NCBI GenBank assembly: GCA_046350615.1
Contig: JAXMAA010000004.1
Span: forward strand, 1-57,289
Direction of reading: 5' to 3'
Length of the DNA stretch: 57,289 bases
Source: Candidatus Saccharimonadales bacterium
GTDB lineage: Bacteria > Patescibacteriota > Saccharimonadia > Saccharimonadales > UBA7683
Every line of letters starts with the position of its first letter. The first letter of the stretch is position 1. Made by a program: the position numbers and the translations under genes. Of this stretch, positions 28,584 through 38,545 are shown in pieces. The notes under the pieces are model-generated. The model did no database searches. It saw nothing but the letters and a program-made list of their open reading frames with translations, and was not told where the DNA came from.

Positions 28584-29084
28584 TTGCCCGTGAGCAAAGA
28601 CGAGGAATCCGCTATTAAGTTCGTAAAAGATTACCGCGGTTTACTAGAGGCTAGTGTAGAGAACTCGCAACAATATTCGTTTAAAGCATATTTAGTTCCA
28701 AAGATTGGCAACCATCGTACATCATCGGATCTTGCTATAGAGTTTGTCAAATACGATCCTAGCAGCCCTGAGGAGATGGAGAAGTACGATAAAGCAATAG
28801 TCGCCATCAAAGAGAAGCATATTCCTGTAGCGAATCAAGATCATATGAAGCCAAGCATGGTACTAGAAAAGCTGAAGGCAGCTGGGTATGAAAAGAACAT
28901 GAGTTGGCATACAGCTATGTGGAATAAGTATAAAGTACGACCATCTGGTGATGCTGCGAACAAAGAGACATGCAAAACCGAGTACTGCATATATGATAAG
29001 CCTCATCAGGATTACTTATATTCTGATGCCTGGGTGAGTATGCTTCTAGAAAAGGAACTACCTAAACGCCCTAAGTCTTCATAA
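28584..29084 (+). pseudogene. 5'-truncated fragment resembling the C-terminal half of DUF3644-family proteins
   Basis: Begins 2 nt after the IS right end with no SD; YLVPKIGNHRTSSDLAIEFVKYD...HTAMWNKYKVRP...YCIYDKPHQDYLYSDAWV. Confidence 0.5.
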
Positions 29085-29720
29085 GAACTCGAGAGTAGAT
29101 TCTTTTATTTGCAGATTTGTGGTTATCCCATCTGCAAAAGCCGTCATCTCGCTTTCAGTACCTTTCGTTAAGATATATCTAGAGTATTCGATGAGAGGTA
29201 TGTCTAGCTCACGTTCAACTTTGTAGTGATTGAAAAGAGTGCTAGTAACGTTGTGGTGTTTCTCGGCTTTCGCCATCAGTTTGTCACTGAATCGCATTTT
29301 TTCATGATTAGCCTCAATGAACTCAAGTAACTTTTCGCAGAGTGTTGGCTCGTTGATGTATTTCTCGGGACAATTCGGATCTTTCCGTCTGGTGCAGTTG
29401 TAATAGATGAATCGCTTAACCTCACCACTTTTCAATGTCTTATATTTGTCTTGCGCTGTTATGTCGGCTCCACACCTCCCGCATTTGAGTAGACCACGGA
29501 AGGCGAAGGTCTTTGATCCCCATATACCTTTGTACGCTCCTTTGCTCAGTTGGACTTGGTCGTAAAGTTCTTTGGATATCAGTGGCTTGTGTGCTCCTTT
29601 ATACCATGGAGCATCAGGAGCTTCCGGGTATTGGAATTTACCGTAGTAAAATGGAGTACTTAATATTACGAGTACCTGACTTAGACTCACCTGAGCTCCA
29701 GAGCGGTTGGTGAATCCTTG
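29079..29720 (-). pseudogene. Large serine recombinase remnant (copy 2): recombinase-domain end plus zinc ribbon, catalytic domain absent
   Basis: GFTNRSGAQVSLSQV..IL.TPFYYG, GAHKPLISKELYDQVQ, FRGLLKCGRCG, YYNC; in-frame TAG at 29721-23 upstream. Confidence 0.82.
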
Positions 29721-29818
29721 CTAGAGTTGGTAATATTATTCTCTTAGACGTGCGAGCCTCGGCTAATTCTAAGAATTCGCATGTTATAATTCAATTAATT
29801 TAAAAAGTGTGAGGGTAT

Positions 29819-30613
29819 ATGGATAATCAACAGAATGAAAACGGTACACCAGTAGCAGTAGATAAAGCTACAAGCTCAAAGAAGAAACTGCTCATAACTG
29901 GAGCTATACTGGCTGTTTTAATCTTGGCTGGGGGTTTTGTGGCGTACGCAGTAATGAAGAATAGTGAACCAACCAGTACCAAAGACAGCACGGCGACAAC
30001 TAGTTCAGAAGCACAGGAAGAAGAATCTGATGATGACTCTGAGGCAACCACTGCGTCAGGATTATCTGTTGCCGTCAATGATACTTGCGGGCTAACTGAG
30101 CAGGTTACCCAGGGTCCTTACTATATCACTGGCACCAACAAACTAAGTGGCAATAACCTGAACTACGATAATTTATCAGGTACTAAGGTCAAAATCGAAG
30201 GGTATGTATACGCCGGTGCAAGCGGTTCAAAACCAATTGCTAATGCCAAGATAGAAGTCTGGCAAGCTGACGATGCTGGGGATTATCATCCGGCTAGCAA
30301 TGGTGCTGCTAGCAGCTATAGTGCGAGCCAGCTGAGTCTACGTGGCTATGTCACTACAGATAGCAATGGCTATTATTACTACTACACAATCTATCCGGGT
30401 CAATACACTGGCCGCACGCGCCATATTCACACCAATACTACTGCTAGCGGGTACACGGGTGTTATCACGCAGATTATTGTTCCAAGTAAAGATGGCGATG
30501 AAACAACCATTGCAACAGATGGTATTGCCCAGAGTTTACCGAAGTGTAATCAAGTAACCTTCACTGACGTTGACGGCGTGCCCACCGCTGCCTATAACTA
30601 TCGATTACAGTAA
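29819..30613 (+). CDS. Membrane-anchored intradiol ring-cleavage dioxygenase-like protein
   Basis: TM anchor, acidic linker, QGPYY, IEVWQADDAGDY, LRG...TD..G, IYPGQYTGRTRHIH. Confidence 0.85.
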   Translation: MDNQQNENGTPVAVDKATSSKKKLLITGAILAVLILAGGFVAYAVMKNSEPTSTKDSTATTSSEAQEEESDDDSEATTASGLSVAVNDTCGLTEQVTQGPYYITGTNKLSGNNLNYDNLSGTKVKIEGYVYAGASGSKPIANAKIEVWQADDAGDYHPASNGAASSYSASQLSLRGYVTTDSNGYYYYYTIYPGQYTGRTRHIHTNTTASGYTGVITQIIVPSKDGDETTIATDGIAQSLPKCNQVTFTDVDGVPTAAYNYRLQ

Positions 30614-30622
30614 ACTTACAGC

Positions 30623-31907
30623 ATGTCAAAAGCCGATATAACTCCAGCCGGTATAATGGCACTCGTTGCGGTTTGCCTAGTGGTTGTGGTTGGATTGATA
30701 TTTAGTTTTGGGCCAAATCCTCTAGGCGAACACAGTATCGAGGCCTCTGGGAGGAATAGTCTTGGGCAACTGGCAAACGGTTCGACTCAGGGAGATAGCA
30801 ATACCATCGGCTTTGATAAAAAGGTGACGAGTGTGGCAGCTGGCTTTGATCATGCATTAGCGCTCACAGAGGATGGCGAAGTCTATGGCCGGGGGGATAA
30901 TAATTATGGACAGGTGGGTACAGGTAGCCATAAGGGTGCTGTCACCAGCCCACAAAAGATATCTGGATTACCCAAAATTACTGCCATTAGCGTTGATTTC
31001 GGCACAGTATTGCACTTGATGAATCTGGCACTATGTGGGTCTGGGGCAATAATATCGCTTACCAGCTTGGCACGGGTGATCGCGATGACCGAAGCGCTCT
31101 CCAGTAAAAGTTAGTTTACCTGATAAGGTCGTGGGATCGGTTGCCGCTTATCATCGTTTCTCGCTCGCTACACTGGTTGACGGGCTTGCTTACGGTTGGG
31201 GTGAGTTGCAAGAATGACACCAAGCGTAGTTTTAATGGAGCTCATGCAATTAATTGGCGAATCAGCCACTGGCATTAGTTATTACGTCGACGTGAATGCC
31301 GGACCCGAGTTCAAGCCAAACGCAGGAACTTTTGTGAATTTCAAGGTTTTGTAGCTGTTAGCTCATTAACTCCAACCGAGATAACAGAACTCAAAGGTAG
31401 CACACAAATCGTGGCAGGTTTTGGGCACGTACTTGCGCTTCAGTCAGACGGCACTGTCAAATCAAAGGGCTGCAACGCCTATGGCCAACTTGGCTACCCA
31501 ACCTCAGACATCATTCCGGCCGAAACTATTCCAGGGCTCCAAAACATTATCCAAGTAGCTACCAGCACCAGACACTCACTGGCACTCGACGAATCAGGCA
31601 AGGTTTGGGCATGGGGGCGTGATAATGCTGGCCAACTCGGCAAAAATATCGAGAATCTCTCGGGTGTGTTCGAGCCAGAGGTTGTTTCAGGGCTACCTAC
31701 AATAACTCAGGTAGCAGCTGGCCGCGACTTCTCACTGGCACTCGACAAATCAGGCCGCATCTGGAGCTGGGGAACTAATCAGTACAGCCAAGTACCTGGT
31801 GTTGAGGCAAAGACCTACAACGAGAAACCTACCAATCATCGCTGCAAGACATCACAAGCATAACAGCTGGTGGAGCATTTATAATTACACGAGAGGCTAA
31901 TCAATGA
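30623..31907 (+). pseudogene. RCC1-repeat (beta-propeller) surface protein, frameshifted
   Basis: Repeats such as VAAGFDHALALTEDGEVYGRGDNNYGQVG, VAAGRDFSLALDKSGRIWSWGTNQYSQ in several frames; N-terminal TM. Confidence 0.8.
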
Positions 31908-33544
31908 GAACCAAAACCAAATCATTTATAACTCGAAACCTACTGATACTATCCGCAGTGAGTTTATTCACCGATATCGCAACCGAGATGCTCTACCCAA
32001 TTATGCCGCTGTACCTTAGTGATATTGGTTACGGAATTGTCCTGATCGGGTTCATCGAAGGCTTAGCCCAAGTTTTTACTGGAGTCCTGAAACTGCTCAG
32101 CGGCGTATACTCTGACAAAATTGGTAAACGCAAAGGTCTCGTTAATGCTGGCTATGGGATGTCCGCCGTTTCTAAGCCATTACGGCTGTCTTCCCAACCT
32201 ACTGGGCTATATTTGGTTTTCGTCTGCTTGATCGGTTCGGCAAAGGTGTTAGAAACGCTCCTAGAGATGCATTGCTTGCCGATATATCAACGCCAGTTAA
32301 CCGTGCTCGCGTGCAGGTTTGGCTTTCATCGCTCGCTTGATACCGTTGGAGCAACACTTGGTCCACTGATCACACTTGCGATACTTTACTCTTGGACGGA
32401 TAACATCAGTTTGATAATTGCCCTAACTGCCATCCCTGGAGCCTGCGCCGTCATAGCCAGTTGGTTTATACGTGAGCGCAAGCTGAAAAAAACCAAGCTA
32501 CCAACCGCCGAAAAGGGTGGTGTCCGGAGCCTATTACAAAGACTTCGGCATTTTTATCAAAATTCTAGCCCTAGTTACAAAAAGGTGCTCGTGATTATTC
32601 TGAGTCTTGCGCTCATCAAAAGCGTTGACATCTACCTTCTGCTTCGTGCTCGAGAACTCGGTCTGAGCAATATGTTTATCATCAGTGCCTATATTTTATA
32701 CAACTTCGTTGGTGTTCTGGTTGTCTACCAGATGGGTACGCTGAGCGACAAATATGGCTTTGGCAAAGTGTTTGGTGGCGCTACATTATTTTTGTCACTG
32801 AGCTATATGCTACTTTCGCAAAACGAGTTGCCACTGGTGCTAATATTTGCCGCATTTGCCGCATATGCCGTATTCCAAAGTGCCTTTGAGGGCTTAGCAA
32901 GTTCATGGATATCACTTCATACTAAGCAGGCCGACCAAGCAACAGGAATTGGTCTCATGTTAGGGCTGCAGGCTGTAGCTAGTTTCGTCAGTGTTATGGC
33001 AGTTGGCGGGCTGTGGGTACTGTTTGGTGCCAAGGTCGTGTTTGCGGTAGTCGCACTGTTTGCACTGATGTTTGGGATCTACTTATTCTTCACTAGTACT
33101 CGTGACTATGTGAGCAAGGTTGACCACGGTCGCACACCATATGCTCCCAACATTGCTCAGTTAGTCGCCAAGAACACAAACTTCCGTACCACTGTCTGGA
33201 CAGGCGCAAATCTCCAAGTAACCCTAATGACCATTCCGCCAGGCGATGATATCGGGCTGGAGGCTCACAAAAGCATCGACCAGCTACTCTACATCATAGA
33301 GGGCAAAGCCAAGGTTCAGATGGGGGATAGAGAGGACACACTAGACTTTGAACAGAATGTTAAAGAAGGCTTTAGCGTTATGGTGCCAGCCAACACCTTC
33401 CACAACATAATCAACAACAGCAAGAGCATCCCACTAAAACTCTTCTCGGTTTATGCAGCCCCTGAGCATGATTACGGAACCATACACAAAACCGCTTCAG
33501 AAGCTGATGTTGCCGAACTTACAGAATTCCTGGAAGACGATTGA
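31904..33544 (+). CDS. MFS transporter apparently fused to a C-terminal cupin
   Basis: VSLFTDIATEM, GVYSDKIGKRK, GFHRSLD; from GTG 33110: DHG..PY..NI...NTNFRTTVWTG.NLQVTLM.IPPG.DIGLE.H (cupin). Confidence 0.78.
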   Translation: MRTKTKSFITRNLLILSAVSLFTDIATEMLYPIMPLYLSDIGYGIVLIGFIEGLAQVFTGVLKLLSGVYSDKIGKRKGLVNAGYGMSAVSKPLRLSSQPTGLYLVFVCLIGSAKVLETLLEMHCLPIYQRQLTVLACRFGFHRSLDTVGATLGPLITLAILYSWTDNISLIIALTAIPGACAVIASWFIRERKLKKTKLPTAEKGGVRSLLQRLRHFYQNSSPSYKKVLVIILSLALIKSVDIYLLLRARELGLSNMFIISAYILYNFVGVLVVYQMGTLSDKYGFGKVFGGATLFLSLSYMLLSQNELPLVLIFAAFAAYAVFQSAFEGLASSWISLHTKQADQATGIGLMLGLQAVASFVSVMAVGGLWVLFGAKVVFAVVALFALMFGIYLFFTSTRDYVSKVDHGRTPYAPNIAQLVAKNTNFRTTVWTGANLQVTLMTIPPGDDIGLEAHKSIDQLLYIIEGKAKVQMGDREDTLDFEQNVKEGFSVMVPANTFHNIINNSKSIPLKLFSVYAAPEHDYGTIHKTASEADVAELTEFLEDD

Positions 33545-33691
33545 TTGAGCTAAAGAAGTATGAGCTGTGGGTCTGGCGCCCCTGTATGTAGAAAATTAAT
33601 TAATATGCCTAGTCCGCGTAATTTACAAATAAATATCTTGTACAAACCTAGATAAGTGGCTACAATCATAAGCAAATTGAGGAGGGGTTTG

Positions 33692-34653
33692 ATGGGTATA
33701 TTTAGTAGTCTTATTAAGTTTAGGGTTACTGCAGTTTTAGCTGCTTTTAGTAGTTGCTGTGGCTTTTGCGCCGACTGTTTTGGCTGCTCCGCCGGCTGAA
33801 ACCATTCTGACTGAAAATCAGTTTCATGGTGGCGGTGTAGGACAAGGTTGGAACAGCGATGATGATGTGTGGGAGTACACGCTTCCATTTAGTTTCACGT
33901 TTTTTGACCAAGAATATACTACAACCAAAATACTTTATTAACAACACTGTAAACTCGCCACTTTCCTATTGGGATTTCGACACTATTTGGCAAACCCATA
34001 GCAACACACCGCCAACCTTTGGGGGGAGCACAGATACCGATGGTATCTCGACAGAAGTTGAGAATGCTGCTCCAAATAGCGGCGACGCCAATAATGATGG
34101 TACACCAGACGCCGAGCAGAGCAATGTGGCAAGCTACGTGAACCCAATAACTGGCAACTATACAGTTCTAGCGGTGGATGACAGCTGCGAGATTCAGTCA
34201 GTTCAAAGCAAAGCCGAGACTGAGGTCGGCAACGACAGTGGCTACCAGTACCCAGCCGGTTTAATGCAGTTTACGATTGCTTGCGGTACACCCGGCTTTG
34301 AAGCAATAATAACCCAATACTACTACGGCACCGGAGGTAACTACGCTCTACGAAAATACACACCAACAGCAGGATACTTCGGCCTGAGTAGCGCAAGCAT
34401 CTCTGACCAAACTATTGCTGGACAAGCCGTAAAAGTAGCAAGTTACCAGGTTACCGATGGATCCACTCTTGACACCGATGGTAACGAGGACGGGTCTATA
34501 ACCGACCCAGCCGGCTTGGCAGTGCGGCAACAAACTCAGGACGCCGCAGATCTGGCTGGTACTGGTCAGTCGATGCCTCTGTACATGATACTAGTTGGTC
34601 TACTATTAGGTGCTGTACCCGCTATTCTGGTTATTGAGGGTAGGAGGCTGTAA
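33692..34653 (+). pseudogene. Surface protein with choice-of-anchor-U-like domain and LAxTG-type C-terminal anchor, frameshifted near the 5' end
   Basis: SD GAGGAGG and ATG 33692; signal peptide split across frames; GDANNDGTPD, YPAGLMQFTI.C, LRKY, ITDPAGLA, LAGTG plus hydrophobic tail and RR. Confidence 0.6.
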
Positions 34654-34771
34654 GGAAGACCTAGAGAACAAACTTGCATTCCTCGCAGCTCAAATGCCCA
34701 TAAATCTTTTCATCAGCTCACATCACTACTTTGAAAGAAGCCATGGTCGCCATAGCAAGTCACCAAAACCG

Positions 34772-35581
34772 CTAATAGATGTATCGGAATGTAGTGGCCG
34801 GAACAGTTCGAGAACTGATAATAAATAGACCACGGTAGTTCATTTCACTAACGGTTACACTACCATCGGCATTGACGCCCTCTACATATACGACATGATT
34901 ACCTTGTTGACCGATCGCTCCAGCTTTTGGAGTTGATCCAGTGGCGAATCCTTGCGCGGCAGCGTTACTCACCCAGGTGCTAGCGTTGCCGAGCCTATTT
35001 GGTAGATCTGGTCGCCGATTTTTGGCGTACCAAGTGCAATAGCCAGGTATATATGTGTTTCCTGCTGAGCTGTTGCGAGCAACAACTCCAGGCGCAGGAG
35101 GGCTGACTACTGCTGTTGCAACAGGTGCAGCCTCAGGCAAAGGGCGTTCGGCGAGCTGCTCTTCAGGTTCCGTAATAGTTATGGTTTCACCGGAAGCTAA
35201 TAATATCTGGGTTGGCAATGTGTGGATTTTTATCGAATATTCGTTTCCAGGTGGTGTTATATGCTGACCGTAGTGTGCGAACAGCCAATGTGCTTGGCTA
35301 TGGCTCGATAGCTCAAGCCAGTTCGAAACAGCGTAGCTATCTCGATTCGATTAGTTTGTGTAAGCTGGTGGTAGGACATCGCAGTCTCCTTGTGATTAGT
35401 TATTGGTAGGACAACAACTAGTTTACAGGTGTACGGACGATGTCCTTATTGGTTATGGTGCGATTCCAGTTGGATTGGAAGAGTCATCAGTTGACAGTGC
35501 ATGTGCCGCATTGCTTTGTAGAGCTGTTGCCGCGATAAATGTGCACAAAAATAATATCACCTTAAAAACGGCGTTACGCAT
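34772..35581 (-). pseudogene. Secreted LysM-like/CHAP-domain protein, frameshifted
   Basis: SD AGGAGG and ATG 35581 signal peptide (MRNAVFKVILFLC); C-terminus GYCTWYAKNRR...LGNASTW...HVVYVEGV...VSEMNY. Confidence 0.75.
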
Positions 35582-35961
35582 ATGTAGTATTCCTCCTAGA
35601 TTGTTCTTCTATTCATAATAATGTGAGCAGGGGGCTATATCCTCGCAAAGAGACAGCAATCCTACCGATGATGCACGTTTACCTCACATGTAAATGGCAC
35701 AAGACTTTATATTACACCACCTGCAATATGAAGCAACCGCTACACTACCTGTGGTGTGCCATATGTAGCGTCCAACAGATGGAAATAAACACTAGCATTA
35801 TGATGTGAATATAACAACGAATGCCAAACGTGCGCCGTATTTCTGAAGGCCAGTATCACTTCAATCGGCTTCAATATGTATCTTCTCAGTACATCTCTAG
35901 AGAGCTTTGCCACAAGGATGACTCACATCTTGAGGCTGCTTTCAATGATTGATTAGCAGGT

Positions 35962-35992
35962 CACAGCTAATTTTCAGGTTCAGCGATATACT
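35962..35992 (+). promoter_or_regulatory. Candidate OmpR-type direct repeat plus -10 upstream of the response regulator
   Basis: CACAG-N6-TTCAG (11-bp period) 9 nt before TATACT. Confidence 0.45.
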
Positions 35993-36000
35993 AGAGAAGT

Positions 36001-36681
36001 ATGAGGATATTAATTATTGAGGACGAACACAAAATTGCCAATTCTGTAAAGAAGGGTCTAGAGATGCAAAGCTATGCGGTTGATGTGGCATACGACGGCG
36101 AGGGAGGGCTTGCAATGGCACTGACTGAACCGTATGATGCGATAATACTTGACCGCATGTTGCCCGGCATTGATGGATTTGATATTTTGCGACAAGTTCG
36201 CGAAAAAAATATCCACACTCCCATATTATTTCTTACGGCAAAAGATAAAATCTTAGATAAGGCTGCTGGCTTAAACGCCGGAGCTGACGATTATTTAGTG
36301 AAACCGTTTGCATTTGTTGAGCTTGTCGCTCGGGTCCGTGCCTTGCTTCGCCGTCCGCACGCCGCAAAATCTACCACACTTATTTACGAGGATCTTAAAC
36401 TTGATCCGCACACTGCGTCGGTTGTTCGCGAAGGGGTTGCAATTGATCTCAGCCAAAAGGAATTTGCACTACTTGAATACTTGATGAATAATCCCGAACG
36501 TCCGTTGAGCAAAGATACCCTCATTGAACACGTCTGGAATTACGACGCCGACATCCTACCAAACACAGTTGAGGTTTACATTGGCTATCTTCGGAATAAA
36601 ATTGACAAGCCGTTTAAAAAAAGTCTACAGTTGATTCATACCAAGCGTGGTTTCGGTTATATATTTGGAGTAAAAAAGTGA
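36001..36681 (+). CDS. OmpR/PhoB-family response regulator
   Basis: IIEDE, IILDRMLP (phospho-Asp), LTAK, DDYLVKPF, winged helix ...HTKRGFGY. Confidence 0.95.
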   Translation: MRILIIEDEHKIANSVKKGLEMQSYAVDVAYDGEGGLAMALTEPYDAIILDRMLPGIDGFDILRQVREKNIHTPILFLTAKDKILDKAAGLNAGADDYLVKPFAFVELVARVRALLRRPHAAKSTTLIYEDLKLDPHTASVVREGVAIDLSQKEFALLEYLMNNPERPLSKDTLIEHVWNYDADILPNTVEVYIGYLRNKIDKPFKKSLQLIHTKRGFGYIFGVKK

Positions 36682-36756
36682 CACACGCTTTAGCCATATT
36701 GCGGCCGGCTATTCTGAACTTGCTTCGGGATGATAAAAAGGTAAGGTTGTATAATA

Positions 36757-37764
36757 ATGTTCCATAAAACTTCACTTAGGTTGACTGTTCTGTACCTGGC
36801 TATACTAATGGCAATGAGCCTCCTCTTTAGTGTAGCGCTGTATAATTTTGCAACGCGTGAATTTGACCGAGGGTCACAGCGGCAGGAAGAAATTGTCAAT
36901 CGACTGCCACCACCCGGTTTGATCTACCCTAACTTCCAGCGACGCCTCTTAGAATCGCGCGAGACGGTAGTCCGCGAAGCAAAAGAGCGTATTTTGGGCC
37001 AGCTCATTATTACAAATATTGTGGTGTTCATTCTTGGGGGTGGGTTGAGCTATTTGCTTGCCAGAAAAACGCTCGAGCCGATAGAGGAGGCGCATAAAGC
37101 GTTAGAACAATTTACAGCCGATGCCAGCCACGAGCTCAGAACGCCAATTGCCGCCATGAAATCAGAAATTGAAGTTGCCCTGCTGCAGCCAAAACTTAAG
37201 ACTGGCGAAGCCAAAGGGCTGCTTCATTCTAACCTAGAAGAACTTGATCGATTAACGTTGTTAACTGATGGGCTACTGTCAATTGCGCGTCACGAAGAAA
37301 AACCACTGGAAGTTAAAAACCAAGAGCTGCTTCTGCCTATAACTGCGGCCGTCAGCCAACTCGGTAACGTGGCCAAAGAAAAAGAGATTACTATAGATCT
37401 TGATGTAGATAGCCAAATAAAAGCTAGTTTTGACAGGCATAGTCTGCAAGAAGTTATGATAATTTTACTGGATAATGCTATAAAATATAGTCCAAACGGC
37501 TCAAAGGTAGAACTAAGGGCGCGTACTAAAAAAGATGCAGTCATCATTAGTGTATTAGATTACGGAATCGGCATAAAAGCCGAAGATCTCGAGCACGTCT
37601 TCAAACGATTTTATCGCGCCGATAGCTCCCGAGCCCAAACCACCAAAGGCCATGGCCTCGGTCTTTCCATAGCAAAGCAGCTCATAGAACGCCAAAACGG
37701 CACCATTCATATAACGAGCAAGCCCAACGAACCCACTGCTGCTGTAATCAGCGTGCCAGTCTAG
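36757..37764 (+). CDS. Sensor histidine kinase
   Basis: Two TMs, ADASHELRTP (H box), LDNAIKYS, DYGIGI, FKRFYR, GHGLGLSIAK. Confidence 0.95.
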   Translation: MFHKTSLRLTVLYLAILMAMSLLFSVALYNFATREFDRGSQRQEEIVNRLPPPGLIYPNFQRRLLESRETVVREAKERILGQLIITNIVVFILGGGLSYLLARKTLEPIEEAHKALEQFTADASHELRTPIAAMKSEIEVALLQPKLKTGEAKGLLHSNLEELDRLTLLTDGLLSIARHEEKPLEVKNQELLLPITAAVSQLGNVAKEKEITIDLDVDSQIKASFDRHSLQEVMIILLDNAIKYSPNGSKVELRARTKKDAVIISVLDYGIGIKAEDLEHVFKRFYRADSSRAQTTKGHGLGLSIAKQLIERQNGTIHITSKPNEPTAAVISVPV

Positions 37765-37844
37765 ATTTGTTCAAGTGAAGTTACCGTAGGCTCTTGTTTG
37801 GTGTGACATATGCAGGTGACCAGATTGTAAGCTATACTTAAGAT

Positions 37845-38171
37845 ATGAGTATTCAAGATGAGCACAAAGATGACGCAGTAAACGTAGCACCGCACATTCA
37901 CGAAGTGGTTTTTGAAGACGACAAACTTCGTGTTCTCAAAGTTACTGTTGAACCACAAGCCAAAGCTGAGATGCACTGGCACCCGCGAAATATTAATTAC
38001 ATTACTAAGTCAGGCAAACTTCGCTTTAATAAACCAGATGGTACGAGTATCGATGTAGATCTTGCAGAAGGCCAGGTTACATCAGCGGATACCAGCTCTC
38101 ATGCGGTTGAAAACGTTGGCGACACAACTGTTGAAACAATCCAAGTTGAGCTCAAAGGAGGATCACAGTGA
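37845..38171 (+). CDS. Cupin-domain protein
   Basis: VVFEDDKLRVLKVTVEPQAKAEMHWHP...HAVENVG. Confidence 0.85.
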   Translation: MSIQDEHKDDAVNVAPHIHEVVFEDDKLRVLKVTVEPQAKAEMHWHPRNINYITKSGKLRFNKPDGTSIDVDLAEGQVTSADTSSHAVENVGDTTVETIQVELKGGSQ

Positions 38172-38542
38172 TGGCTGCGTTTGAAACCTGGAAAGATCCA
38201 GCAACCGGAGTAGAGTTTAGCTTTAGTCACTCAGATGAGAGCTTTACTACTGGTGTAATGTATCTACCACCACACTCGGAGTTACCAAAGCATAATAGGC
38301 CTAAAGCTTTTGAAAATCTCAAGCAAATTGCTGGTAAGTGTCAGATGACAGTATTTGAACTTCAGGGTGAAGGCTCATTCGATAAAGTTCTGAGTCCTGG
38401 TGACGAACTACGAATGGAAAAAGGTCAGTTTCACATTCACGCTAACCCATTTAATGAGAAGTCTTTTACACTTTTCAAAGCAGAGGGTGACATTACCGAA
38501 GTCATGAAAGTATTACGAGATAACTTCGAAAGAATTGGCTAG
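38171..38542 (+). CDS. Cupin-domain protein
   Basis: LPKHNRP...E...GQFHIHANPF. Confidence 0.7.
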   Translation: MAAFETWKDPATGVEFSFSHSDESFTTGVMYLPPHSELPKHNRPKAFENLKQIAGKCQMTVFELQGEGSFDKVLSPGDELRMEKGQFHIHANPFNEKSFTLFKAEGDITEVMKVLRDNFERIG

Positions 38543-38545
38543 TCA

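Noticed and set aside
33765-33782. GCTCCGCCGGCTG as a possible att copy of the tRNA-Asn 3' end
   Set aside because: Does not match the reverse complement exactly and lies within a coding signal-peptide region.
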